A stretch of DNA of 64,000 nt from Candidatus Marinacidobacterales bacterium (GTDB taxonomy: Bacteria > Acidobacteriota > Vicinamibacteria > Marinacidobacterales > DATDRI01): assembly GCA_965219415.1 (NCBI GenBank), contig CBDCNP010000002.1:2368001-2432000 (forward strand). Direction: 5' to 3'. Each line of letters opens with the position of its first letter. Position 1 is the first letter of the stretch. The position numbers and the translations under genes were made by a program. A model generated the notes under the pieces. That model had not been told where the DNA came from, searched no databases, and was given only the letters and a program-made list of their open reading frames with translations. Of the stretch, positions 10,563 through 20,212 are shown one piece after another.

Positions 10563-11055
10563 CTAGCCCTTCACGCAGACGATCTGCTTGAGCCGGTGGA
10601 CGATCTCTACGAGGTCGCTCTGTGCCTCCATCACGGCGTCGATGTCCTTATAGGCTCCGGGAGTCTCGTCGAGAACCCTCACGTCCTTGCGGCACTCGAC
10701 CCCGGCTGTCGCCGCGGCGTGATCGTCTAGAGTGAAGCGCTTCTTGGCTTCGTTGCGGGACATGACGCGCCCGGCACCGTGACTGCACGACTCGAAGCTC
10801 TCACGGTTTCCTTTCCCCCGGACGATATAGGAGCGCGCCCCCATGCTTCCGGGAATGATGCCCAGGTCGCCCCGCCCCGCCCAGCCCGCACCGCACCCTT
10901 CCGCGTGACGAAAACCTCCGACCCGTAGTGGTGCTCCTTCGCGACGTAGTTGTGGTGGCAATTGACGACTTCTTTCTTGGGTCGAAACGCGGGCACGAGG
11001 CCGGTATCGTGAACCGCCTCGACGACCGCCTCCAACAGCAGAAGAGCATCAGCCT
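10563..11055 (-). pseudogene. rtcB: RtcB RNA ligase, 3' fragment with frameshift
   Basis: NCHHNYV, VTRKGA, GIIPGSMG, SCSHGAGR and DETPGAYKDI motifs across two frames (shift near 10875); N-terminal ~60% absent. Confidence 0.9.
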
Positions 11056-11269
11056 TACCGTCGTCGAAGCCCTCACCCCCTTGGTCCGAGCCCAGTCACT
11101 CGCTGACGCCGTCCTGCGACTGGCGCAGGCCGGGTTGAAGCGCACCGCCGCGCACCAAGCTTAGAAGGCCTCACGACCGCGCGACGCGATGCCAACTCCG
11201 CGTCGGTGACCGTCGGCGCCACCCGTAATATGGATGTCTGGCGAGCAGTTCCGGTTTGCGAAACAGAAA

Positions 11270-11389
11270 GGTACTGTCAAGTTGAGGCATTCAGGGTCGA
11301 TCCGACCCCAAGATGTTGGCAACGCGGTGCGCTTGAGCTCCATTATCTAGCGGCCCAGTCCGAGCTCAAGACCTCAACTTGACAGTACC
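11270..11389. mobile_element. 120-bp MITE-like element
   Basis: Perfect 18-bp terminal IRs GGTACTGTCAAGTTGAGG / CCTCAACTTGACAGTACC; internal IR CTTGAGCTC / GAGCTCAAG; no TSD. Confidence 0.65.
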
Positions 11390-11691
11390 GTTCTGATAGA
11401 CTGCTATGATAGGACGGGTGGTTCGTGAAGATGGATCACGATTCAACCTCAAGCGGAGGTGAGGTGCCAACCCATGCCGACAGCTAAAACGCCGAGCATG
11501 CCAAACGGACTTCCCGCCCGGTTCGCTGATCCGGACACCGGATTCGCGCAATTGTGCAAGTTCCTGGAGATCGCCAATCGCACACAACGGCAGTCCATAC
11601 TCAATGTAGAAGCCGTGAGGCGCGCCGTAGGTGCTTGCGCTGTTTGCTGTTGGTGATATGTACGTATCCCTTTGCAAAAAAAGCGCTTACG

Positions 11692-11899
11692 CTCCATTTA
11701 GCGCGCGGCGAAGGTCGTGAGCGCTATTTTGGCTGTAATTTAACGCAGCGTAAAGTCTTAGTGTCATCTCACCAACACTTAATGGCAGAAGCACCCTCCA
11801 TTTAGCGCGCAGCGAAGGTCACGAACGCTATTTTGGCTGTAACTTAATGCACCGTAAAGTCTTAGCGTCATCTCACCAACACTTGATGACGGAAGCACC
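11692..11899. repeat. Tandem repeat, 2 x 104 bp
   Basis: Units 11692-11795 and 11796-11899 differ at 11 positions with no indels. Confidence 0.95.
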
Positions 11900-12063
11900 A
11901 TTCGCTCTCAACTAGGTGGTCATCTGCATGGTGACGACCCGCCCAAAGGATAGCTCTGCTCAATGGTTGCCGCGGGCCCCACCGTCCACGCCGCGTCAAC
12001 TGCTCGCTTGTAACGTTGAGGGAACAGTAGCCTAGAGACCAAGAGTAGTAGATAGTAACAGCG

Positions 12064-12294
12064 CTAGATCAACGCGCCCTTCAGAATCTGAAGGAGGACA
12101 AGCAGAATCAACGGCGAGAAGTCGATCCCCCCCGCCGACGGCACCAGCCTACGAATCGGTGCCAGAGCCGGCTCGGTCAACATCCGGGTGATGCGAACTA
12201 CCTGGTTGCTCGGCGGGAGCTGGAGCCAGCTGAGGATCACCGCGACGATGACGACAACGGAGTAGTAGTCGATAAGTTTGGCAATCAGTAGCAT
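12064..12294 (-). CDS. yggT: YggT family membrane protein
   Basis: ILSW...LTEPALAPIRRLVP..GGIDFSPLI signature. Confidence 0.92.
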   Translation of the reverse strand: MLLIAKLIDYYSVVVIVAVILSWLQLPPSNQVVRITRMLTEPALAPIRRLVPSAGGIDFSPLILLVLLQILKGALI

Positions 12295-12332
12295 GAATGG
12301 ACCAGAGTTTATCACGCAGGTCAATCACATCC

Positions 12333-13793
12333 GGGGATGTCCCGGCCGCTGTTGAATTTGGTCGGGTAGCGGCGGCACCTGTGAATACTCTTAGGCAGCA
12401 AACTCATCGCTGTCAAGAGATTTCTGTTTGCTTCTAAGCGCGTGAACGAGAGCGCCCATATGGCGATAGCCTTTGATACGCCGGAACTTTTTCTGCGCGG
12501 TGACGACGCCAAGAGCGGTCCATCGGCGAACCATGGAAGGACTCTTCCAACGCTTGACGTTTCTCGATACTCTGCGAATGGTTCCGTTGAGATTCTCAAT
12601 GGCGTTCGTCGTGGCAAGAGACTGGCGAAGTAAGGCGGGCAGCGCGAGCTTCACGACCGTGAGTGTCTCTTCCATCCCTTCACGAAGGCTTCCGGCAGCT
12701 TCGTCGTAGCCGTTTCGCTCGAGCCACGACACCAATGCCTGAAGTCGCTTGCGCGCCTTGTCGGCACTCTTGCACTTGTAGGCTTCCTTCATCGTCTGGA
12801 GCACGTAGGCGTGACGAGACTTGGGAAGGTACGAGCGAAGATTCCGGAGTTTATGGATCTGGCACCTTTGGATGACCGCGAGGTCCCCCAAAACGTCGAC
12901 GAGTGCCTTGCGGATGCCTTTGCCTCCGTCCACTACGCAGAGAATCGACTCATCGACGCGCAAGCCCCGCTCGAGAAGGTCCTGCAACATCGCGGTGCAC
13001 ACCCGAGAGTTCTCCGTCGAGCCCAGCCATATACCCAGGGGCACCTTCGTTCCATCTATTGTGATACCTAGAGTTACGACGACGGTCTGTCCGGCCACCT
13101 CAAGGCCATCCAGCATCAGTGCCGCAAGCTCGAACTCCTCTAGCCGCCGAGACAGGTATTCCTCGAGCTTCTTAGTCGTCTGGCTCACGAGGTGACGGCT
13201 GGCGGCACTCTTACTCGTGCCACGAGACTTCAACTTGGCCGCGGGTTTGTTCAGACTCGATTCGTAATTTCGGGTCGATACCCCCACCAAGATCTGATTC
13301 AACACTCGCTCTGGAAGCGGGTCTTCTTCGCGGAAGGCTTCGAAGTGTGGAAGCGACGCCTCCTCGCCCGACTTCGAGCGAACTCGAGGTCGCGACACTT
13401 GGATGCGACGACCACCGAAGCTCAGCTCTCCGTTCGTGCTCCCCCAGTGGTTATGAGTTCGCTCCTTCTCGTGCTTGCCCTTGAGCCCCGCGATCTCCTC
13501 GGCGTCCTCTCTGAGCAGTAGGTGCAGAGCTGTCAGTCCTTGCTCGTACACCCATTCCGTCAGTTCCGCCTTCGTGGCCGCGATCCCAGCTATCATCGGT
13601 AGCAGTATCTGACCGACTTGGCCAACTACCTTGCCCGTAGGCGAGTGCGTTTGCTTTCTTACTGGCTTCTTTGATTTCCTAGGCATTGGTGGCTCCTTGT
13701 CCCCCTCTGGAGACGGTTGTTTGGCAGACCTAATTCTTAGGCCGGCCAAGGAGCCGCCGCTACCCCAAATTCAACATCCGGCGGGACATCCCC
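12333..13793 (-). mobile_element. IS256-family element type B, copy 2 (intact)
   Basis: Same IRs as 1653-3111; 8-bp TSD TCACATCC at 12325-12332 and 13794-13801. Confidence 0.97.
12391..13686 (-). CDS. IS256-family transposase
   Basis: LMLDG, VVDGGKG, QRCQIHK and TTNAIEN motifs; GGAG RBS before the ATG at 13686. Confidence 0.95.
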   Translation of the reverse strand: MPRKSKKPVRKQTHSPTGKVVGQVGQILLPMIAGIAATKAELTEWVYEQGLTALHLLLREDAEEIAGLKGKHEKERTHNHWGSTNGELSFGGRRIQVSRPRVRSKSGEEASLPHFEAFREEDPLPERVLNQILVGVSTRNYESSLNKPAAKLKSRGTSKSAASRHLVSQTTKKLEEYLSRRLEEFELAALMLDGLEVAGQTVVVTLGITIDGTKVPLGIWLGSTENSRVCTAMLQDLLERGLRVDESILCVVDGGKGIRKALVDVLGDLAVIQRCQIHKLRNLRSYLPKSRHAYVLQTMKEAYKCKSADKARKRLQALVSWLERNGYDEAAGSLREGMEETLTVVKLALPALLRQSLATTNAIENLNGTIRRVSRNVKRWKSPSMVRRWTALGVVTAQKKFRRIKGYRHMGALVHALRSKQKSLDSDEFAA

Positions 13794-13918
13794 TCACATC
13801 CTGCCGCTAGCGGTTGACCCAGTCAGAACGAGCGGTAGGAATTGCACGTAATATGTCATCATGGATCTGAAGATAACACCCTCGGGCTAGACGATTGTAA
13901 AGCCCACGGCTCTTGACC

Positions 13919-14926
13919 GAGTCAAGCCCATTCTTAGTTGAAACTTTCCACGGCTCACGTTTAAGCGACCTTCTTCTTCGATACGGTTGATGTCTTCGCC
14001 TCGATCTTCAGTTCCCGCTTGAGAGCTTCGCGAAGCTTGGAAAGATGGCGGTAGTCCACCACCTTCCTCAAGCGCGGTTCGATGTCTACGAGCGCCGTTG
14101 CCAACCAGCGCTGGCGTTGGCTCGAGTTCTTCCAGTGGTCGACCTTCGCGCAGCATTCCTCGACGAGAGCATTGACGGACTCAAGGCAGTTCGTCGTCTT
14201 GAACGAACGGCCCAGCACCGCGTGCACGCCGAGTCGATGCAACGTCAGCGTCTCCTCGAGGCCTTCCTCCAGGCTGCCAGCTGCGGATTGGTTCCGCTCT
14301 TCTAACTCACCGTGGAGTTGCTCGAGCGCAGTGAGGGCCTCTTCGTACTCCGGCCTGTTGTAGGCCCACTGGAGCCGCTTGCGCCATGACGCCTGCTCGC
14401 CCTTGGACAGGTAGCTCACTACGTTTTCACGTTTGTGCCACTGGCAGCGTTGTATCAGGGCCCGCTTACGGAATGCTTTCTTGACTGCCGCTTGGAGACC
14501 CTTGCCGCCGTCGATGATCACCAGCAGACCCTGGGAGATATCGAGTCCCCGCTCGAGCAGTGAACGCAGGAACGGCGTCAACACCTGCGCGTTCTCCGTG
14601 TCCGTCTCCACGAAGCCCAAGAAGCGTTTTTCCCCGCAAAGCGTGATGCCCAGAGCCACGACCATCGTTGCCTCGGCGAATGTCTTCCCATCCAGAAACA
14701 GCGCCACCACATCCTCGCCGGTCAGATCCCGTTCCTGCATCTCCCGCAGCTTCGCAGCGCTCGCTTGCACGAACCCTCGGGACACCGTTGAGCTCGACAG
14801 CCCGATGGCGCCCGGAATCGCTTCCGCTGCCGCCTCGTAGTTGCGACAAGAGATTCCGTAGAGAACTCGTTTCAGCAGAAGATCATTCACCTCACCGCCG
14901 TGGCTCACCGCCTCGTAGCAGCGAAG
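13919..14926 (-). mobile_element. IS256-family element type C, 5'-truncated copy with transposase pseudogene
   Basis: Matches 41831-42838 with a few substitutions; cut at 14926 by IS5. Confidence 0.93.
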
Positions 14927-16013
14927 TGCCTTGGTGCACAACTCTCGATCTCGGTCCACAATTGTCCTGTACTCGCGGATACGAGGTTCCCCATGAGCAT
15001 TTTCAAACGCACTCAGCGGAAGTATGTGAAGAAGGCCTATCGCATGAGGAATTGGCGTGAATATGAGGCGGGTCTACGCAACCGCGGGAGCCTGACCGTC
15101 TGGATCTCGCTCACCGCCGGCAAGCTTGTGAACTGGGACGCGCCCCGGCCAAGGAGGAGGAAACCGGGCCGTCAACGCAAGTACTCGAACCACGCCATCG
15201 AGACGGCTGTCACCCTGGGCATGGTGTTTCATCTGTCATCTAGGCAGAGCGAGGGATTGCTGCGGTCGTTGTTCGCTCTGATGAAGCTAGACAGTGATGT
15301 GCCCGATCACACCACGATCTCGAGGCGCAAGCCGAAGCTGGGTAAGGTCCCCTTCTACCCAGTCAAGCAGAAGACGCCGTTGCACATCTTGTTCGACAGC
15401 AGCGGTCTCGCTGTCCACGCCGGCCAGCTGCGCAGAGCACAAAAGAGCAGGGACTATCGCAAGCTCCATCTGTGTGTCGACGAGCAGAGTGGCGAAGTCG
15501 TCGCCGGCGAGCTGACGAGCAAAAGAGCCCGCGATTCATCGCGGGTTGCATCGCTTGTCGGACAGATCGACAGTCCCATCTCATCGGCCAGAGCTGACAC
15601 CGCATACGACGCCGGCGGCGTCTATGAGGCAATCGAGAATCACAGCGCTCATCGCTCGCCGAGGGTGCTGATACCGCCGCGCAAGGGCGCCCTGCTCGCA
15701 TCGGGGCCGGCGAGCAGCCGACAGCGCAATCGCAACATTGCAGCACAAGCTCGGCTCGGCAAACGAAAGTGGCACACAGAATCGGGCTACAGCAAACGGA
15801 GCAAAGTCGAGACAACGTTCCATCGCTACAAGGCTATCGTGGGCTCAGCGATGCGAGCGAGAGGGTTGGCGGCACAGAGAGGTGAGGCAAGGATCGGGTG
15901 CAAGATTCTCAACACCATGACGGCGCTCGGGATGCCTGATACCGAGATGATCGGATGATGGGAGTCGGGGCCAAGCGAGCTCTCGGCCTCTATCGGAGTT
16001 GTGCACCAAGGCA
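14927..16013 (+). mobile_element. IS5-family (IS903-like) element, no TSD
   Basis: Perfect 18-bp IRs TGCCTTGGTGCACAACTC / GAGTTGTGCACCAAGGCA. Confidence 0.93.
14993..15958 (+). CDS. IS5-family transposase
   Basis: NWREYEAGLRNRGSLTVW, PDHTTISRR, DSSG, RKLHL, ADTAYD and GYSKRSKVET motifs. Confidence 0.93.
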   Translation: MSIFKRTQRKYVKKAYRMRNWREYEAGLRNRGSLTVWISLTAGKLVNWDAPRPRRRKPGRQRKYSNHAIETAVTLGMVFHLSSRQSEGLLRSLFALMKLDSDVPDHTTISRRKPKLGKVPFYPVKQKTPLHILFDSSGLAVHAGQLRRAQKSRDYRKLHLCVDEQSGEVVAGELTSKRARDSSRVASLVGQIDSPISSARADTAYDAGGVYEAIENHSAHRSPRVLIPPRKGALLASGPASSRQRNRNIAAQARLGKRKWHTESGYSKRSKVETTFHRYKAIVGSAMRARGLAAQRGEARIGCKILNTMTALGMPDTEMIG

Positions 16014-16274
16014 CTGTTGGTCCGGCGCGGAGCGTGCACCGCGGGTGAGCTCGGGAAGCCTTTCGACATTAGCCAGCCGACGGCGTCCAAACATCTCCGG
16101 GTGCTCGAGCGTGCCGGGCTCTTGTCCAGACAGGTCGAAGGTCGAACGCATCGCTTTCGTTTGATGCCGAAGCGTCTCGACGAGGCCGAAGACTGGATAT
16201 CGCGACACCGAGAATTCTGGGAAGGGACTCTCGAGAGGCTGAGTGATTTACTGAAAGACGGCGGCGCACGATGA
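16014..16274 (+). pseudogene. ArsR/SmtB-family regulator, N-terminus removed by IS5
   Basis: TAGELGKPFDISQPTASKHLRVLERAGL...EGR motif; first helices replaced by the IS end. Confidence 0.85.
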
Positions 16275-16732
16275 CCGAAGGCCCGACGATGAAGGTTGTT
16301 GCCAAACGTCGTTATCGCGCGCCGCGGGAGAGAGTCTTTCGAGCGTTTACGGACCCGGCGGAGCTGACACGCTGGTTTTCTCCGAGCGAAGATATAGCGA
16401 CGGATGTAATCGACCTGGAGCTTCGAGCCGGCGGAGTCTATCGGTTCGGTTTTCATCTTCCCGGTGGGGCCGTGGATTACGTTCTCGGAACGTTCGAGGA
16501 GGTATCTCCTCCCGGGAGGCTCGTCTTTACCTGGACGTGGGCAGAGCCCGATCCGCACGCGGGAATCGAGACTCTCGTCACCGTGGAGTTTATCGAGCAC
16601 GGCGATGAAACCGAAGTGGTCGTGACTCACGATCGCTTCCCCAACGAGGAAACCCCAGCACGCCACGACGCAGGTTGGCAGGGCACCTTCGACCGTCTTG
16701 CGAAGTTACTGAACGGATTGGAATCGGAGTGA
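16271..16732 (+). CDS. SRPBCC/AHSA1 domain protein
   Basis: APRERVFRAFTDP..L.RWF, RLVFTW and GW motifs; typical ArsR partner. Confidence 0.9.
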   Translation: MTEGPTMKVVAKRRYRAPRERVFRAFTDPAELTRWFSPSEDIATDVIDLELRAGGVYRFGFHLPGGAVDYVLGTFEEVSPPGRLVFTWTWAEPDPHAGIETLVTVEFIEHGDETEVVVTHDRFPNEETPARHDAGWQGTFDRLAKLLNGLESE

Positions 16733-16740
16733 GGTATTCA

Positions 16741-17165
16741 ATGACAAGGAAGACATTTCTGCTGGGGAGCACTAGCCTATCTACGTGACTTTTCCACTCG
16801 CCTTTGTTTGGCACCTGGTCATCTTCAAAGATGTGTACCAATGGCTCGGCATGTATCGGGAGGACCCGAGCGTTCCGCTCGGCTTTTTCGTCATCTTGAT
16901 CCAGGGGCTTCTTCTCTCGTACGCATTTCCCATCTTGTACCGCGACGGCAGCTCGATAAGGCAAGGCCTCAAGTTCGGTCTCTTCATGGGCCTGTTCCTT
17001 TGGAGTAGCCAAGTGGTCGCTGCGGCAACCAAGCACCACGTCGCATCTCTTTCAACGTGGTTTGCGATCGAGACTGCCTACTTTGCCATTCAATTCGCGC
17101 TGGTGGGGCTGGCCATAGGTCTCGTTTACCGCGATAGAAAATCAGCGGGATTCGCATCGACCTAA
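16741..17165 (+). pseudogene. Four-helix membrane protein (DUF1761-like), frameshifted near the 5' end
   Basis: GAGG RBS and ATG at 16741 (MTRKTFLLG) are out of frame with the body (TFPLAFVWHLV...GLKFGLFMG). Confidence 0.55.
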
Positions 17166-17176
17166 GGAGGCTACCC

Positions 17177-17506
17177 ATGGCGTACGATGACAAACTTGCC
17201 GACCGCGTCCGAACCGTTCTCAAGAGACGAAGAGGCATTGCGGAGAAGAAAATGTTCGGAGGTCTCGCTTTTCTGCACAATGGAAATATGTGTTGTGGCG
17301 TGATCAAGAACGACCTCGTGCTGCGGCTAGGGGAAGACGGAGCAACCAAGGCACTCGATAAGCCTTACGCGCGCGAGATGGATTTCACGGGCAAAGCTCT
17401 CAAAAGCATGGTGTACATCGGCCCCGCCGGCTACCGGACCGAGGCGCAGCTCCGTCGCTGGGTCGGCCAAGGAGTGGACTACGTGAAATCCTTGCCCGCA
17501 AAGTAA
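17177..17506 (+). CDS. TfoX/Sxy N-terminal domain protein
   Basis: MAYDDKLADRVR...EKKMFGGLAFL.NGNMCCGV motif. Confidence 0.9.
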   Translation: MAYDDKLADRVRTVLKRRRGIAEKKMFGGLAFLHNGNMCCGVIKNDLVLRLGEDGATKALDKPYAREMDFTGKALKSMVYIGPAGYRTEAQLRRWVGQGVDYVKSLPAK

Positions 17507-17517
17507 ACCGGTCCTTT

Positions 17518-19329
17518 CTAGGATCGGCGCTTGGGGCGCTGGTTGGCGGCGAGGATCCTTTTCCTCAATCGAATAGAGCGCGGGGTAGCTTCAACGAGCT
17601 CATCGGTCTGGATGAACTCGATGGCTTGCTCTAGGTTGAGCTGTCGGTGGGGCGTGAGACGGACGGCAATGTCGGCCGTGGACTGCCGAATGTTGGTGAG
17701 TTTTTTTTCTCGAGTAATGTTGACGTCGAGGTCGGCTGGCCGAGCATTCTCACCCACGATCATGCCCTCATAGACCTCGATGCCGGGACCGATGAAGAGC
17801 TCGCCGCGATCCTCGAGATTGTGAAGCGCGTAAGCGGTGGTCTTTCCCGCGCGGTCCGCGACCAAAGCGCCGGTTAGTCGCGTCGGCAGATTCCCCTGCC
17901 AATCGTCGTACGCGTCGAAGAGCGTGTTCATGACCGCCGTACCTCGCGTATCGGCGAGAAGCTCGCTCCGGATTCCGATGAGTCCTCGGGAGGGCACGCG
18001 AAACTCCAACCGAACGCGTCCCGAGCCGTGGTTCACCATGTGGGTGAGCACTCCCTTTCGAATCCCCAATTTTTCGACGACCACGCCCTGGTACGCTTCG
18101 GCCACGTCGACCAGCAAGAACTCGAAGGGTTCTTTCTTGACGCCTCCGACCTCCTTCGTGATGACCTCGGGATTGGAGAGGGAGAGCTCGTAGCCTTCTC
18201 GGCGCATCGTTTCCACCAACACCGCGAGCTGAAGCTCACCGCGACCAAAGACCTTGAAGGAGTCCGGTACCTCGGTCTCCTCGACTTGAAGCGACACGTT
18301 CGAGAGAAGCTCGCTATCGAGTCGTTCCTTCAGCTTTCGCGAGGTCACGGACTCGCCTTCCCGACCTACGAATGGCGACGAGTTGATGGAGAAGACCATC
18401 GACAAGGTGGGCTCATCGATCCTCAGGCGGGGCAGAGGTAGCGGACTCTCCAGTTCGGTGACGGTATCGCCTATCGCAATGCCCTCGACGCCGGCAAGGC
18501 AGACGATGTCTCCGAAACGCGCCTCCTCGCACGGGACGCGTTCCAGTCCCGTGAACTGGAATAGCTTGACGATCCGCGTCGGTTGGTAAACATCTTCTCC
18601 TTTCGCGACGGTCACATCGTCTCCGACCCGCAGCGTCCCCTGCGTGATGCGGCCAATGGCCAGCCGCCCGAGGTAGTCGCTGTAATCGAGGTTCGAGACC
18701 ATGAGCTGAAGCGGGGACGTTGCTTCACCCGAGGGCGCCGGCAAGTGCTCGAGAATTGCCTCGAAGAGCGGACGTAGGTCGGAGTCCTTTCCGTCCAGTT
18801 CGGTGCGCGCCAAACCAGCGCGAGCATTCGTGTACAGGATCGGAAACTCCAGCTGGTCCTCGTTGGCGTCGAGGTCGATGAACAGATCGAAGACCTCGTT
18901 CACGACCTCCTGGATGCGGGCGTCTTGTCGATCGATCTTGTTCACTACCAGGAGCAAAGGCAGCTTGGCGGTCAGCGCCTTTCCCAAGACGTAGCGAGTC
19001 TGCGGTAGCGGACCCTCGCTGGCGTCGACGAGAAGCATCGCGCCGTCGACCATACTGAGGGCTCGTTCCACTTCGCCCCCGAAGTCGGCGTGTCCGGGTG
19101 TATCGACGATATTGATCTTCGTGCCGTGAAAGAAGACCGCGGTGTTCTTGGCCAGGATGGTGATGCCGCGCTCGCGTTCCAGATCGCCGGAGTCGAGGAC
19201 GCGCTCCTGGACCTCTTGATTGGCCCGAAAGACACCGCTCTGGTGAAGCATGGCGTCCACCAAGGTGGTCTTCCCGTGGTCCACATGGGCAATGATGGCC
19301 AGATTGCGGATGTCTTCGAATGTCTCCAA
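17518..19329 (-). CDS. typA: Translational GTPase TypA/BipA
   Basis: [48 protein letters not shown] and GRGELQL motifs; TTG start after GGAG. Confidence 0.97.
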   Translation of the reverse strand: METFEDIRNLAIIAHVDHGKTTLVDAMLHQSGVFRANQEVQERVLDSGDLERERGITILAKNTAVFFHGTKINIVDTPGHADFGGEVERALSMVDGAMLLVDASEGPLPQTRYVLGKALTAKLPLLLVVNKIDRQDARIQEVVNEVFDLFIDLDANEDQLEFPILYTNARAGLARTELDGKDSDLRPLFEAILEHLPAPSGEATSPLQLMVSNLDYSDYLGRLAIGRITQGTLRVGDDVTVAKGEDVYQPTRIVKLFQFTGLERVPCEEARFGDIVCLAGVEGIAIGDTVTELESPLPLPRLRIDEPTLSMVFSINSSPFVGREGESVTSRKLKERLDSELLSNVSLQVEETEVPDSFKVFGRGELQLAVLVETMRREGYELSLSNPEVITKEVGGVKKEPFEFLLVDVAEAYQGVVVEKLGIRKGVLTHMVNHGSGRVRLEFRVPSRGLIGIRSELLADTRGTAVMNTLFDAYDDWQGNLPTRLTGALVADRAGKTTAYALHNLEDRGELFIGPGIEVYEGMIVGENARPADLDVNITREKKLTNIRQSTADIAVRLTPHRQLNLEQAIEFIQTDELVEATPRSIRLRKRILAANQRPKRRS

Positions 19330-19434
19330 GTTAGCTTCTCCCGGAAGGATAATAGCGCGTTTGCCCAGCCCTTCATTTGACAACCCGACTTACTGTCGAC
19401 TATCGTTATGTCGATGGTCGACATATCATCTGCT

Positions 19435-19780
19435 ATGCCTAGTGCGAAACTCACACCGGTCGAGTTCCACATCTTGCTGGCTTTGGCTGAAGAAGCGCGG
19501 CACGGGTACGGTATCAAGCTGGACGTGGAGCGCCGCACCGAGGGCCGCATCACTCTCGGCTCGGGTACTCTCTACGTCGCCATCCAGCGCCTCGAGAGAG
19601 AAGGCCTGATCAATGGGATCGCGGCGGAAGGCGACGTCCGGCAGAGAGAAATTGCGCCGCCGATATTTTGCGTTGACCGACTCGGGTCGCCAAACCCTTC
19701 GCCGTGAGCTTAGACAACTCGATCGTGTCGTTCGGTACGCGCGAACACTCGACCTACTCGGCGACGCCAAACCCATATGA
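19435..19780 (+). pseudogene. PadR-family regulator, frameshifted
   Basis: ILLAL...HGYGI...GTLYVAIQRLE, then shift near 19650 to RRRYFALTDSGR; stop overlaps the next ATG (ATGA). Confidence 0.82.
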
Positions 19781-20203
19781 CCTCCCGAGAACGAATCCTC
19801 GGGCTGCTCCTTCGAAGCTACCCCAAGGCCTTCCGCGAAGCTTATCGGGAGGATCTCCTCGAGTTCTTCGAAGAGCAGCACCGTGATCCTCGCTACCGGC
19901 GGGGCTTCGGGGAGCTCCGCTTCTGGGCTGACGTAGTCGAGGACGTACTTCGAAACGCGAGTCGACTTCGATTCAATCGTTCGCGGTCGACACGCAGCGG
20001 CGTTCGGCGTGCTCCTCGGATTGGGGGGAGCGCTGGCACTCACGCGTCTGATGCAAGCGTTGCTTTTCAACGTAGATCCTACCGACCTGCTGACTTACTC
20101 TGCGGTGTCGGTGGCACTTTTCGCCGTGGCGCTCGTCGCCAGCTACCTTCCGGCGCCGCGGGCCGCGAGGCAGGACCCGACCGAGGCTCTACGCTCGGAG
20201 TAA
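19777..20203 (+). pseudogene. ADOP/MacB-FtsX-type ABC permease with most of the gene deleted
   Basis: N-terminus LLLRSYPKAFREAYREDL joined out of frame to the C-terminus LTRLMQALLFNVDPTD...ASYLPAPRAARQDPTEALRSE. Confidence 0.82.
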
Positions 20204-20212
20204 GTCAACCCC

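Noticed and set aside
11459-11656. Cys-rich small peptide (RiPP-like precursor)
   Set aside because: No modifying enzymes nearby and the Cys-rich tail lies in low-complexity TG-rich sequence; coding status unsupported
11692-11899. CRISPR array
   Set aside because: Only two abutting 104-bp units, no spacers and no cas genes
1653-13793. Composite transposon bounded by the two type-B IS256 copies
   Set aside because: Outer flanks (GTGAATCG, TCACATCC) do not match, and copy 2 has its own TSD, so it inserted independently
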